NCBI GenBank assembly: GCA_963788195.1
Contig: CAWBGA010000008.1
Coordinates: forward strand, 32,001 to 96,000
From: Nitrospirota bacterium
Lineage (GTDB): Bacteria > Nitrospirota > Nitrospiria > Nitrospirales > NS-4
Direction of reading: 5' to 3'
Length of the DNA stretch: 64,000 nucleotides
The translations under genes and the position numbers were made by a program. Below, piece by piece: positions 11,389 through 21,080 of this stretch. Under the pieces are notes generated by a model. The model had not been told where the DNA came from and searched no databases. It saw nothing but the letters and a program-made list of their open reading frames with translations. How positions within the stretch are numbered: position 1 is the first letter of the stretch; each line of letters opens with the position of its first letter.

Positions 11389-12192
11389 ATGAAGTATCCT
11401 AGTCTGACTCGTCTAGCACGTATTCCATTAGCACGTATTCCATTACTTACTGCTGTCACATTTTTCCTTCTAATAGGCGTAACAGTCAAGGACTCGCATG
11501 CCATCTCGCTGGCGGAAATTCCCGCTATGACGACAGAGATGCTGGTCCAATCATTTGGTCTCTCCGTCGGGGATACGCTAAAGTATACCGGCGTCGGGAC
11601 GTCTTCTTTTCCATGGCAGATTTCATTAGGAGGAACCTATGCCGGATTGCCTGTGAATCTCATATTCACAAGTCTGCCAGGAGGAACATCCTTTACCTCG
11701 ACGGGGACGATAGGCTCTTTTCCCTGGACTGGTTCTGGGTCCTGGGTTGAAACAATGACGGGTCCCACCACGCTCGAGGCAGACCTCAACCTGGCAGCGA
11801 CCATCTCGGGGCTAAGCGGGCCCAAAGGGAAACCCGATGGGCACAGTCACATCGTGGAAACGGATACGGGTGCAATCAATTTTATCGCGCCCACATCCCA
11901 CACCTTCGACATCACGTTAGATGGAACCGTTGTTTATACCGACCACGGCACCGGCAGCCACGCGGGACGGACTCTTCTCTTACCGCCTCCTCCACAGGTA
12001 TTGCCGGAAGCATGGAATTCCAGCCATCTTGCATTACAAGGAAGTTTTACGCTAGGGCAGCCCAATGTCGATTTGTTTACCTTAAATGGCTCTATCGGAG
12101 TTGTGCCTGAGCCGTCAACCTGGTCCTTACTGCTGACCGGTTTAGCCTGCTTAGTAGGCTATGCCTGGCGACGTCAGAAGCAAACTGTTTAG
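11389..12192 (+). CDS. PEP-CTERM sorting-domain surface protein
   Basis: GGAGG RBS, signal peptide, Gly/Thr-rich body, C-terminal VPEPSTWSLLLTGLACLVGYAWRRQK. Confidence 0.9.
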   Translation: MKYPSLTRLARIPLARIPLLTAVTFFLLIGVTVKDSHAISLAEIPAMTTEMLVQSFGLSVGDTLKYTGVGTSSFPWQISLGGTYAGLPVNLIFTSLPGGTSFTSTGTIGSFPWTGSGSWVETMTGPTTLEADLNLAATISGLSGPKGKPDGHSHIVETDTGAINFIAPTSHTFDITLDGTVVYTDHGTGSHAGRTLLLPPPPQVLPEAWNSSHLALQGSFTLGQPNVDLFTLNGSIGVVPEPSTWSLLLTGLACLVGYAWRRQKQTV

Positions 12193-12321
12193 CTGTCAGA
12201 AGCCGGAATGGTAAGCGGCGAGAAGGAAATCTATCTAAAATCTGGGCGCGGATACAAAATGTTGTTGAAAGCTAAAAGGGTGGAACCCTGATTGGCGCAC
12301 GCTATCGCCTGGACTTGGCAG

Positions 12322-13111
12322 CTACGGATTGGATTTGCTTCCACAGGCATAGCTGACGCAGCCTGATGTCTCCAAGATCGAGATTTTGGGGTTCGCACCC
12401 TTGCGTTTGACAGAAAATTTGACCCACGCAAAGTTGTTAGACTCGTTGCTCTCTTTCCAGTGATTTTCTGGATCGGCCAAATGAGTTAGATAATACACGC
12501 CTTCCTGAATTCCGGTGATGTCCAACTCCTGAAGCGGGGTGGACTGATGGTAATCGTCTCCCCATCCTACGGAGATGCCCTGTAATGCGGCATTGCAGTC
12601 AAAATAGAAGCGGTTGCTGCCTTTGGTGACGAGGGCCGTCTGGTCTGTGTCAACCAGGCAGAACGTAATCTTCACTCCATTATTGACCAGCGAGGCCATC
12701 GAGCGAGGTCTTGCGAACTTCGAAGCGGGCAACGCCACTTTGATGCCAGTGGTTGTGCTGCGCATGGAAGAAGGCGACTCCGGCCGGCTGTGAATAGACA
12801 ATGTTCCCACCGGCGTCAAGGACCTCCTGCGTCGCATGAGTACACTGATCAATCGCTGTCCCGTCGATCACGCACGGGGCGACCTCCCCGCCGCCGCGAA
12901 CCTGCAATGGCCCATCCCCAATATTGATGTGAGTGGTAGAGAACCGCAACATCTCTCGCTGATGCTCGTTCTGAATCTGGAGATGAGCGATCTGTTCTAC
13001 GATATCGGGATACAAGGGAACGGCCTGCGCCCTCGCCATACCCGCAGTAACGCACACAGCCACTGCTATAAAAGCTGAACCGACTATGCACCCACGTTTG
13101 CCCTGCAGCAT
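12322..13111 (-). CDS. Lysyl-oxidase-like exported protein; +1 frameshift near 12693
   Basis: Signal peptide, LRFSTTHINIGDGP and FHAQHNHWH, then KITFCLVD, GISVGWGDDY, LDITG and ADPENHWKESNESNN in the next frame. Confidence 0.8.
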
Positions 13112-13320
13112 ATGAGCCTCGCTGAAAAGCCCGGATCGCCCGACAGATTGGGACGCAGCAAGGCTCTTCTATCTTGAATGTGAGACAGACTTTAGCCAGT
13201 GCAATGTGCGCGCAACCCGAATCAATGTCAAGGTTTCACCTGTGGCACTGTCGCTTAGGAAAAAACGAGGTGATGACCACGAAGAGATTTGCGAAACTTT
13301 GTTCGCTCAGAATGACACGG

Positions 13321-14100
13321 CTACTTGCCGGCGATCACGTTCCTCATGGCGTGGTGGACAAGGCCGTTGGACGCCAAGGTCTGTGTTCCGTGGACGGAGA
13401 AGGGATTTCCGAGGAAATCCGTAATATTCCCTCCTGCCTCAAAGACCAACAAGCTTCCCGCCGCGATATCCCATGGTTTCAGGCCTGATTCCCAAAAGCC
13501 ATCTATGCGACCGGCTGCTACATAGCTGAGATCGATGGCGGCTGAACCTGTGCGCCGCACACCTTGTGATTCCAATGCAAAGCGCGAGAAGTAGGGCAGA
13601 TTTTCGGTACGGCCTGTATGATCATAGGGAAACCCCGTCACCAGTAACGCCTTTTTTAGATCCGTGACCTTCGAAACATGAATTCGCTCTCCATTCAAAA
13701 AAGCACCCTGCCCAGCTTGCGCCTCAAACAACTCTCGCCGAAGGGGGTCATAGACCACGCCCAGTACCATGCGGCCCTCGGCTTCAAGTCCGATCGAGAC
13801 GCAGAACATCGGGAAGCCATGGGCAAAATTCGTAGTACCGTCTAGCGGATCGACGTACCACCGGTACGTGGAGGGCTTTCGTAAAGCTTCGCCGCCTTCC
13901 TCAGCCAATATGTGATGATCGGGGAAGGCCGAGCTCAGAAGTTCTACAATGGCCGCTTCCGAACTCCGGTCCACCTCAGTGACGAGGTTTGTCAGAGTCT
14001 CCTGCTTGTAATAGACCTGAAAATCGGTGCGGTACGCGTCGGCAATTATCTTTCCGGCTTGCTGCGCAGCGGCCACCGCGACCGTTCGAAAGTCCTGCAT
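13321..14100 (-). CDS. suhB: Inositol monophosphatase family protein
   Basis: LVTEVD, ILAEEG, VDPLDGTTNF, RRTGSAAIDL and PWDIAAG. Start ATG 14100 has an RBS. Confidence 0.9.
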   Translation of the reverse strand: MQDFRTVAVAAAQQAGKIIADAYRTDFQVYYKQETLTNLVTEVDRSSEAAIVELLSSAFPDHHILAEEGGEALRKPSTYRWYVDPLDGTTNFAHGFPMFCVSIGLEAEGRMVLGVVYDPLRRELFEAQAGQGAFLNGERIHVSKVTDLKKALLVTGFPYDHTGRTENLPYFSRFALESQGVRRTGSAAIDLSYVAAGRIDGFWESGLKPWDIAAGSLLVFEAGGNITDFLGNPFSVHGTQTLASNGLVHHAMRNVIAGK

Positions 14101-14316
14101 AGGCTCCTCACGTGTAATAGTGGGGTCAAGGTCGATTTTTCGCGGATGTACACAGCCCTGGAAAAAAGAATCTTTGGAATCGACTCGGACTCCAGTTTTA
14201 CACTGGTCACCGCACCTTGACAACTCTTTCCACTTCGGGTTCCACTAGTGTTGGTCAGGAATTTGTTTTGAGAAGGCTTATGAGCAAGCAGAACCCGGGC
14301 GCAGTACACAACCTCC

Positions 14317-15780
14317 ATGAAGGAAAGCATGGGACAGGCCTTGGTTGACGTTCTGTCTATGCCGCGCTCGCCGCGCTCGCCATTTACGATTCTTGTCGTC
14401 GAGGCTGACCCGTCGGACGCAGAATTGATGCTCAAAGCCATTGAGCAGGCAGATCTACGCACCCTTGGGGGGGAGATCGACATTCAGGTTCGGTCGACGG
14501 CGGAGGGTGCTGTGCGCCTCCTCGGTGAGCGGCCAATTGATCTTGTCTTGACAGATTTTGTCCTGCCGGGGATGGACGGGCTGGATCTCGTCAATCATAT
14601 TCAGAAACTGGATTCGAACCTGCCGATTATCGTCGTCACACGAATGAACAGCGTGCAGACAGTGGTGGATGCAATGCGTCGAGGCGCTTACGATTACATC
14701 CTGAAACCCGTCAGTCCTACGGACCTCGGCATGCGTCTGCACCGCGCTATTCGAACCTCTGAAATCCTGCGCTTCAATTCCGCCTTTAAGAGGACCGCGC
14801 AACATCAGTCACGAACCGGAAGCCTTGTCGGAGCCAGTCCGGCATTCCAGGAAGTGCTCCGTCTGATACATGAAGCAGCAAGCGGCAGGTCCACGGTGCT
14901 TATTACCGGAGAAACGGGAACGGGCAAGGGCTTGATCGCCCGGGCCATCCATGAGCAGAGCCGGGAGCGGGAACATCCCTATCAGGTTATTGATTGCACA
15001 AGCATGCCCGAAGGAATGGTTGAAAGTGAGCTATTTGGGCATGTGCGCGGGGCCTTTACTGGAGCTGTTGCCGATAAGCCGGGGCTGATTGAGCTGGCTC
15101 AGGGTGGCACCGCCTTCCTCGATGAAATCGGTGAACTGCCGCCCGCATTGCAAGCAAAAATTTTACATGTCTTGGAGGAGAATGAGGTCAGACGAGTCGG
15201 TGGGACCCGTACCAAACGCGTGGAGACGCGATTCATCGCGGCTACAAACCAAGACTTGGAGGAGAAAGTCCAACGGGGGTCATTTCGCAAAGACTTGTAT
15301 TATCGTCTTGCCGTCATCGTCATCGACGTGCCGCCATTGCGGAACCGTCAGGAAGATGTCGCACCCATCGCCCGGCATCTCTGCTCCGAATTCGGGCGCG
15401 AAATGGGGAAGCCTCGCTGCTCTCTTGACTCCTCTGCCATCACCGAACTGACCTCCTACGACTGGCCCGGGAATGTTCGAGAATTGAGGAACGTCATAGA
15501 GAGGGCGGTGATGCTTGCCACAGATAACACGATTACGGCGGACGACATCAAGGCCTTCCTTCCCGTCAAGAAGAAAACCACTGCCACAGGCGACCTGCTG
15601 GATACTTCTGTTCCTTATTTAGAAGCCAAACAAAAGGTTGTCGCCGATTTCACGTCCAGCTATCTCCGGGCTCAACTCTCCGTTCATTCCGGGCATATCA
15701 CCAAAGCCGCAGAGGCAAGCGGAATACAACGCCACTATTTCTCCCAACTCATGCAGCGATACTTGGATCAGAAAGATTAG
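14317..15780 (+). CDS. NtrC-family sigma-54-dependent response regulator (REC-AAA+-HTH)
   Basis: REC (LTDFVLPGMDG, YILKP), GETGTGKG, ESELFGHVRGAFTGA, FLDEIGE, WPGNVRELRN and a C-terminal HTH. The start may be ATG 14359. Confidence 0.92.
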   Translation: MKESMGQALVDVLSMPRSPRSPFTILVVEADPSDAELMLKAIEQADLRTLGGEIDIQVRSTAEGAVRLLGERPIDLVLTDFVLPGMDGLDLVNHIQKLDSNLPIIVVTRMNSVQTVVDAMRRGAYDYILKPVSPTDLGMRLHRAIRTSEILRFNSAFKRTAQHQSRTGSLVGASPAFQEVLRLIHEAASGRSTVLITGETGTGKGLIARAIHEQSREREHPYQVIDCTSMPEGMVESELFGHVRGAFTGAVADKPGLIELAQGGTAFLDEIGELPPALQAKILHVLEENEVRRVGGTRTKRVETRFIAATNQDLEEKVQRGSFRKDLYYRLAVIVIDVPPLRNRQEDVAPIARHLCSEFGREMGKPRCSLDSSAITELTSYDWPGNVRELRNVIERAVMLATDNTITADDIKAFLPVKKKTTATGDLLDTSVPYLEAKQKVVADFTSSYLRAQLSVHSGHITKAAEASGIQRHYFSQLMQRYLDQKD

Positions 15781-15928
15781 TTCATCACCCCGCCGTTACC
15801 AACAGAACACTGCTGGCTATTCTTTAAATCTTGCGGCTGTTTCTCAATTGTAACGTTCTCATCGCATAGAGACAAAATTCACCCTCCGCCGTTCCCGCAT
15901 ATACTCTATTCTACTTAGATTTTCTGCC

Positions 15929-15946
15929 CGTACACTTTTGTGTACG
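15929..15946. promoter_or_regulatory. Palindromic putative upstream activator site 1
   Basis: CGTACAC-TTTT-GTGTACG, with perfectly inverted arms. Confidence 0.7.
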
Positions 15947-15998
15947 TTGGTGTAATGCCGCGTGTACTTTGATAAATTCTCATCTGTCCCTCATACTC

Positions 15999-16016
15999 CG
16001 TACACAACTGTGTTCG
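15999..16016. promoter_or_regulatory. Putative upstream activator site 2
   Basis: CGTACAC-AACT-GTGTTCG, one arm mismatch to site 1 and 70 bp downstream of it. Confidence 0.65.
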
Positions 16017-16135
16017 TTGTCTTGAGATGCCGCACCGCTATAAAGCCAACACATGGTGGTTCCATTCCTGATTTTATTAGTACTTTCAACAACTTCTCGC
16101 AGCCTCTGATCCTCAGACTATCAATCAAACCCAAG

Positions 16136-16151
16136 TGGCAGTGCCTTTGCT
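16136..16151 (+). promoter_or_regulatory. Sigma-54 (-24/-12) promoter of nxrAB
   Basis: TGGCAGTGCCTTTGCT matches TGGCA-N6-TTGCW with GG-N10-GC spacing. Confidence 0.8.
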
Positions 16152-16289
16152 ATCAAGAGGCCCTGAAGGGGAAGTTATGGTCACACCACGCTCGGATCGG
16201 AAGGAGGTAGAAGGCTCCCATGGAACGGGGCTGCCAACAGCACAGGTTCATCTTCGGTCCTTTGTCACCTTAGACAGGAGGTTTCGATA

Positions 16290-19200
16290 ATGTTTTTCAC
16301 AAGACGGCAGTTCTTAAAGACTTCGGCGGGGACCATCGCCGCAGTCGCCATCGCCGATCAGGTGCTTGCGTTGACGGCCTTACAGCCGGTCATCGAAGTG
16401 GGAAATCCTCTCGGCGAGTACCCTGACCGCTCCTGGGAGCGGGTGTACCACGATCAGTATCGGTATGACTCCTCGTTCACGTACATCTGTACCCCGAACG
16501 ACACGCACGCCTGTCGCGTGCGCGCCTTCGTGCGCAACGGTGTCGTGATGCGCGTGGAGCAGAACTACGATCATCAGAGCTATGAAGACCTCTACGGAAA
16601 TCGCGGCACGTTCGCGTGGAATCCGCGCATGTGCCTCAAGGGATACACCTTCCATCGCCGGGTCTATGGACCCTATCGATTGAAGGGACCAATGCTGCGG
16701 AAGGCATGGAAGCAGTGGGTCGATGACGGCTGCCCGGAACTGAGTCCGGAGGTTAAGACCAAGTACAAGTTCACGAGCCGCGGCGAAGACGACATGCTGC
16801 GCGTGTCATGGGACACGGCCTTCACCTATCTTGCGAAAGCCCAGGTGAAGATCGCCGAGCGGTACTCGGGTGAATCCGGAGCGCGGAGACTGCGCGAGCA
16901 GGGCTATCCACCGGAAATGATCGAAGCCATGAAGGGCGGCGGGGTCCGTACCTTCAAATATCGCCCGGGGATGGCATTGCTGGGCCTTATCGGCAAGATC
17001 GGGATCGGGCGAATGGACAGCGCGAATCTGGCCTTGCTTGATTCCTGGATCCGGAAGGTCGGCAATGATAAGGCGGTCGGCGGCCGGACCTGGTCAAGCT
17101 ACACCTGGCACGGCGACCAGAATCCCGCGCATCCATTCTGGTGCGCGGTGCAAACATCCGATATCGACCTCGTCGACATGCGCTTCTCCAAGCTGCATAC
17201 GAGCTGGGGCAAGAACTTCGTCGAGCACAAGATGCCGGAAGCTCACTGGATGATCGAGTGCATGGAGCGTGGCGGCCGGCTGGTCAGCATCGCGCCGGAA
17301 TATAACCCCCCGGCGTCGAAGGCCGATTATTGGATGCCCGTTCGTCCGGGTGGTGACGGCGCCCTGTTCCTCGGAACGCTGAAAATTCTCATGGACGAGA
17401 ACCTGTACGACACGGACTTCTGTAAGCAGTACACGGACATGCCGATTCTCGTCAGAACCGACACACTGACCTACCTCGATCCGCGAGACGTCATCAAGGA
17501 CTATAAGCTTGCGGATCTGTCCAAGGCCTACACCGCCAAGGTGCAGGCGATTAAAGACGACTATCGGGACCGCCTTGGGGACTTCATGGTCTGGGATAGC
17601 GGCAAAAACCAGGCAATCCCCATGCACCGAGAGCAGGTCGGGTATCACATGCTCAGTGCCGGCATTGATCCCGCACTGGAAGGCACCTACCGGGTGAAGT
17701 TACTGGACGGCAAGGACGTAGACGTCATGCCGGTCTTTCAGATGTACAAGATCCACGTTCAGGATTTCGATCTGGACACCACGGCACAGATCACGAATAC
17801 ACCAAAAGATCTGATCGTGCGGTGGGCCAGAGATTCAGGCACCATCAAGCCGCACGCCATCCATAACGGCGAAGGCGTGGCGCACTGGTTCCACTGCACC
17901 GCCAATGGTCGCGGAGCGGCAATGGTGGTGATCATTACCGGGAACGTCGGCAAGTTCGGCGCGGGGCAGTATACCTGGGCAGGCAACTTTAAGACCGGTA
18001 TTCCACACGGCACGCCGTGGTCCGGGGTGGGCATCGGGGCCTGGGGCGCCGAAGACTCTTGGAACCTGAATCTTAACGCGAACGCGCATGGCAAAGAAGT
18101 CGTGACGAAGTACTACGCCTATGGCGAAGAGCCGGCGTACTGGAACCATGGCGACCGGGCGCTGATCGTGAACACCCCGAAGTACGGACGTAAGGTGTTC
18201 ACGGGCAAGACCCACATGCCGACGCCGACCAAGGTCCAGTGGACCGTGAACGTAAACATCCTGAACAACGCGAAGTACCACTACGACATGGTCAAAAACG
18301 TGGATCCGAGCTGCGAATGCATCGTGGTCCAGGATCTGGAGATGACGTCGGGAGTGAACTACGCGGATGTTGCGTTTGCCATCAACTCGTGGATGGAGTT
18401 CACCTATCCCGAGATTACCGCCACCTGTTCAAATCCGTGGTGGCAGATGTGGAAAGGCGGCATCAAGCCTCTGTATGACACCAGGAACGACTTGGACTGC
18501 TATGTCGGCGTGGCCCAAAAGTGGACCGAGATGAGCGGCGACAAGCGGTTCGTGGATACCTGGAAGTTCGTCATCGAAAACAAGGTCGATGTGTACATCC
18601 AGCGGGTGCAGGACGCGTCGTCCACCCTCTACGGCTACAACGCAAAGACTATTCTCCAGTCGGAGAAGGGCTGGTTTGTCATGGTCCGGACGTATCCTCG
18701 GATGCCGTTCTGGGAGCATGTCAACGAGGCCAAGCCGATGTGGACCCGTACCGGTCGGTTTGAGAATTACCGGGTCGAGCCCGAGTGCATCGAGTACGGC
18801 GAAAACTTCATCGTGCACCGGGAGGACCCGGAAGGCACGCCGTACCTGCCGAACGTCATCATCAGCACCAACCCGCATGTACGCCCGGATGACTACGGCA
18901 TTCCGATCACGGCGATGCATCATGACGACCGTCATGTGCGCAACACCAAGCTGCCGTGGACGGAAGGGCGCAAGCACGTGAACCCGTTATGGGAGAAGGG
19001 GTATCAGTTCTACTGCGTCACCCCGAAGACCCGGCACCGGGTGCACAGCCAGTGGTCGGTCAATGACTGGATCCAGATGTTCGAATCGAACTTCGGCGAC
19101 CCCTACCGCATGGACAAGCGCACGCCGGGGGTCGGCGAGCATCAGATGCATGTGAATCCGATGGCCGCGAAGGACCGGGGCATTAACGACGGTGACTACA

Positions 19201-19727
19201 TCTATGTGGACGCCAACCCCGCCGACCGGCCGTATCGCGGATGGAAGCCGAGCGATCCGTTCTACAAGGTGAGCCGGCTGATGATCCGAGCCAAGTACAA
19301 TCCGTCCTTCCCGTATACCGTGACGATGATGAAGCACGCGCCGTACGTGGCGACGCCGAAGTCGGTGAAGGGGCATGAGACCCGGCCGGACGGGCGGGCG
19401 ATCGCGGCGGATACGGGCTATCAGAGCAACTTCCGCTATGGGGCGCAACAGTCGATCACGCGGTCCTGGCTGATGCCCATGCACCAGTTGGACTCGCTGC
19501 CGACGAAGAAGAAGCACGTCCATGCGCTCAAGTTCGGGTTTGAACCGGACAACCACGCAGTCAACACGACACCGAAGTCGACGCTCGTCCGGATCCAGAA
19601 AGCGGAGGACGGCGGCATCGGAGCGCGGGGGCCATGGGAGCCGGTACGGACCGGGTTCACGCCGGCGCAGGAGAACGAATGGATGATTAAGTGGCTCAAG
19701 GGCGAGAGCATTAAGATCAAGGTCTAA
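16290..19727 (+). CDS. nxrA: Nitrite oxidoreductase alpha subunit, periplasmic Nitrospira/anammox-type DMSO-reductase-family molybdoenzyme (divergent)
   Basis: Tat motif TRRQFLK, FS0 motif CTPNDTHAC...RMCLKG, Mo-ligand motif TWHGDQ, TPKTRHRVHSQW and the C-terminal WLKGESIKIKV typical of Nitrospira NxrA. Confidence 0.93.
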   Translation: MFFTRRQFLKTSAGTIAAVAIADQVLALTALQPVIEVGNPLGEYPDRSWERVYHDQYRYDSSFTYICTPNDTHACRVRAFVRNGVVMRVEQNYDHQSYEDLYGNRGTFAWNPRMCLKGYTFHRRVYGPYRLKGPMLRKAWKQWVDDGCPELSPEVKTKYKFTSRGEDDMLRVSWDTAFTYLAKAQVKIAERYSGESGARRLREQGYPPEMIEAMKGGGVRTFKYRPGMALLGLIGKIGIGRMDSANLALLDSWIRKVGNDKAVGGRTWSSYTWHGDQNPAHPFWCAVQTSDIDLVDMRFSKLHTSWGKNFVEHKMPEAHWMIECMERGGRLVSIAPEYNPPASKADYWMPVRPGGDGALFLGTLKILMDENLYDTDFCKQYTDMPILVRTDTLTYLDPRDVIKDYKLADLSKAYTAKVQAIKDDYRDRLGDFMVWDSGKNQAIPMHREQVGYHMLSAGIDPALEGTYRVKLLDGKDVDVMPVFQMYKIHVQDFDLDTTAQITNTPKDLIVRWARDSGTIKPHAIHNGEGVAHWFHCTANGRGAAMVVIITGNVGKFGAGQYTWAGNFKTGIPHGTPWSGVGIGAWGAEDSWNLNLNANAHGKEVVTKYYAYGEEPAYWNHGDRALIVNTPKYGRKVFTGKTHMPTPTKVQWTVNVNILNNAKYHYDMVKNVDPSCECIVVQDLEMTSGVNYADVAFAINSWMEFTYPEITATCSNPWWQMWKGGIKPLYDTRNDLDCYVGVAQKWTEMSGDKRFVDTWKFVIENKVDVYIQRVQDASSTLYGYNAKTILQSEKGWFVMVRTYPRMPFWEHVNEAKPMWTRTGRFENYRVEPECIEYGENFIVHREDPEGTPYLPNVIISTNPHVRPDDYGIPITAMHHDDRHVRNTKLPWTEGRKHVNPLWEKGYQFYCVTPKTRHRVHSQWSVNDWIQMFESNFGDPYRMDKRTPGVGEHQMHVNPMAAKDRGINDGDYIYVDANPADRPYRGWKPSDPFYKVSRLMIRAKYNPSFPYTVTMMKHAPYVATPKSVKGHETRPDGRAIAADTGYQSNFRYGAQQSITRSWLMPMHQLDSLPTKKKHVHALKFGFEPDNHAVNTTPKSTLVRIQKAEDGGIGARGPWEPVRTGFTPAQENEWMIKWLKGESIKIKV

Positions 19728-19736
19728 GTCGGAACC

Positions 19737-19767
19737 AGGGACAGGCGGCGAACACGCGCCTGTCCCT
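19737..19767 (+). other. Intercistronic hairpin between nxrA and nxrB
   Basis: AGGGACAGGCG-N9-CGCCTGTCCCT, an 11-bp stem just before the nxrB RBS. Confidence 0.6.
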
Positions 19768-19784
19768 CTTGAACGGAGGAACCC

Positions 19785-21074
19785 ATGCCGGAAGTCTATA
19801 ACTGGCAGTTAGGCCGCAAGATGCTCTATCCCTATGAGGAGCGGCATCCGAAGTGGCAGTTTTCGTTTGCGTTCAACATCAATCGGTGTATTGCGTGTCA
19901 GACCTGTTCGATGGCGGACAAGTCGACGTGGCTGTTCTCGAAAGGACAGGAGTACATGTGGTGGAACAATGTGGAGACCAAGCCGTACGGCGGGTACCCC
20001 CAGTTCTACGACGTGAAGGTGGCCCAATTGGTGGAGCAGGTGAACCCGGGCGGGCAGGTGTGGAACACGCGGGTGGGGCGCAAGCACCATGCGCCCTACG
20101 GGGTGTTCGAGGGGTTCACGATCTTTGATGCGGGCGCCAAGATTGGGCAGGCGGCGATCGGGTATATCCCGACGGACCAGGAATGGCGCTTTGTGAACAT
20201 CTACGAGGACACGGCGACGTCGATGCGGGCCCTGGTGGATGGGAACGACAAGTCGGGGTTTTCGGCGGCGGAGCCCTGGAAGAGCCAAGGGGCGAGCCTG
20301 CCGGAGCACGAGACGTTCTTCTTCTATCTGCAGCGGATCTGCAATCACTGCACGTATCCGGGGTGTCTGGCGGCGTGTCCGCGCAAGGCGATCTACAAGC
20401 GCCCGGAGGACGGGATTGTGCTGATCGACCAGAACCGGTGCCGGGGCTATAAGAAGTGCGTGGAGCAGTGTCCGTACAAGAAGCCGATGTACCGGGGGAC
20501 GACGCGGGTCAGTGAGAAGTGTATTGCGTGCTATCCGCGGGTGGAGGGCAAGGATCCGCTGACGGGCGGGGAGCCGATGGAGACGCGGTGCATGGCGGCG
20601 TGCGTGGGCAAGATCCGCATGCAGGGGCTCAACAAGATCGGGGATGATGGGTTGTGGGCGGAGGATCGGTGGCATCCCTTGTACTACGCGATTCGCGTGG
20701 AGCAGGTGGCGTTGCCGCTGTATCCGCAGTGGGGGACGGAGCCCAACGGGTTCTATTTCCCGCCGCGCCATGCCCCGCGGGGCTACATCCGGCAGATGTT
20801 TGGGCCGGGGGTGGACAACGCGATCGACCGGTACATTGTGCCGAGCCGCGAGCTGTTGGCGGTGCTGCAGCTGTGGCGGGCGAGCCAGCAGATCTTGTTC
20901 CGGTACGACGTGATTCCGGGGCCGAAGGTGTTTGAGACCCAGATTCACGGGCGCAAGTTTGAGATGTACAACGACACGGTGCTCGGGTTCAACAAGTCGG
21001 GCAAGGAGATCGTGCGCATCCAGGTGGAAGAGCCGATCTACATCCGCCCGGCCGAGCGCGTGACCTGGCTGTAA
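19785..21074 (+). CDS. nxrB: Nitrite oxidoreductase beta (Fe-S) subunit
   Basis: 429 aa starting MPEVYNWQLGR, with Cys clusters CIACQTCSMAD, CNHCTYPGCLAACP, CRGYKKCVEQCP and CIACYP. Confidence 0.96.
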   Translation: MPEVYNWQLGRKMLYPYEERHPKWQFSFAFNINRCIACQTCSMADKSTWLFSKGQEYMWWNNVETKPYGGYPQFYDVKVAQLVEQVNPGGQVWNTRVGRKHHAPYGVFEGFTIFDAGAKIGQAAIGYIPTDQEWRFVNIYEDTATSMRALVDGNDKSGFSAAEPWKSQGASLPEHETFFFYLQRICNHCTYPGCLAACPRKAIYKRPEDGIVLIDQNRCRGYKKCVEQCPYKKPMYRGTTRVSEKCIACYPRVEGKDPLTGGEPMETRCMAACVGKIRMQGLNKIGDDGLWAEDRWHPLYYAIRVEQVALPLYPQWGTEPNGFYFPPRHAPRGYIRQMFGPGVDNAIDRYIVPSRELLAVLQLWRASQQILFRYDVIPGPKVFETQIHGRKFEMYNDTVLGFNKSGKEIVRIQVEEPIYIRPAERVTWL

Positions 21075-21080
21075 GCGCAG

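Noticed and set aside
12250..12310. AT-rich segment followed by TGGCGCAC resembling an att/tRNA end
   Set aside because: The match is too short and has no partner repeat in the window.
13125..13170. GGGACGCA upstream of the LOX-like gene as a c-di-GMP-I riboswitch
   Set aside because: It is on the opposite strand to that gene and lacks the GAAA tetraloop and second stem.
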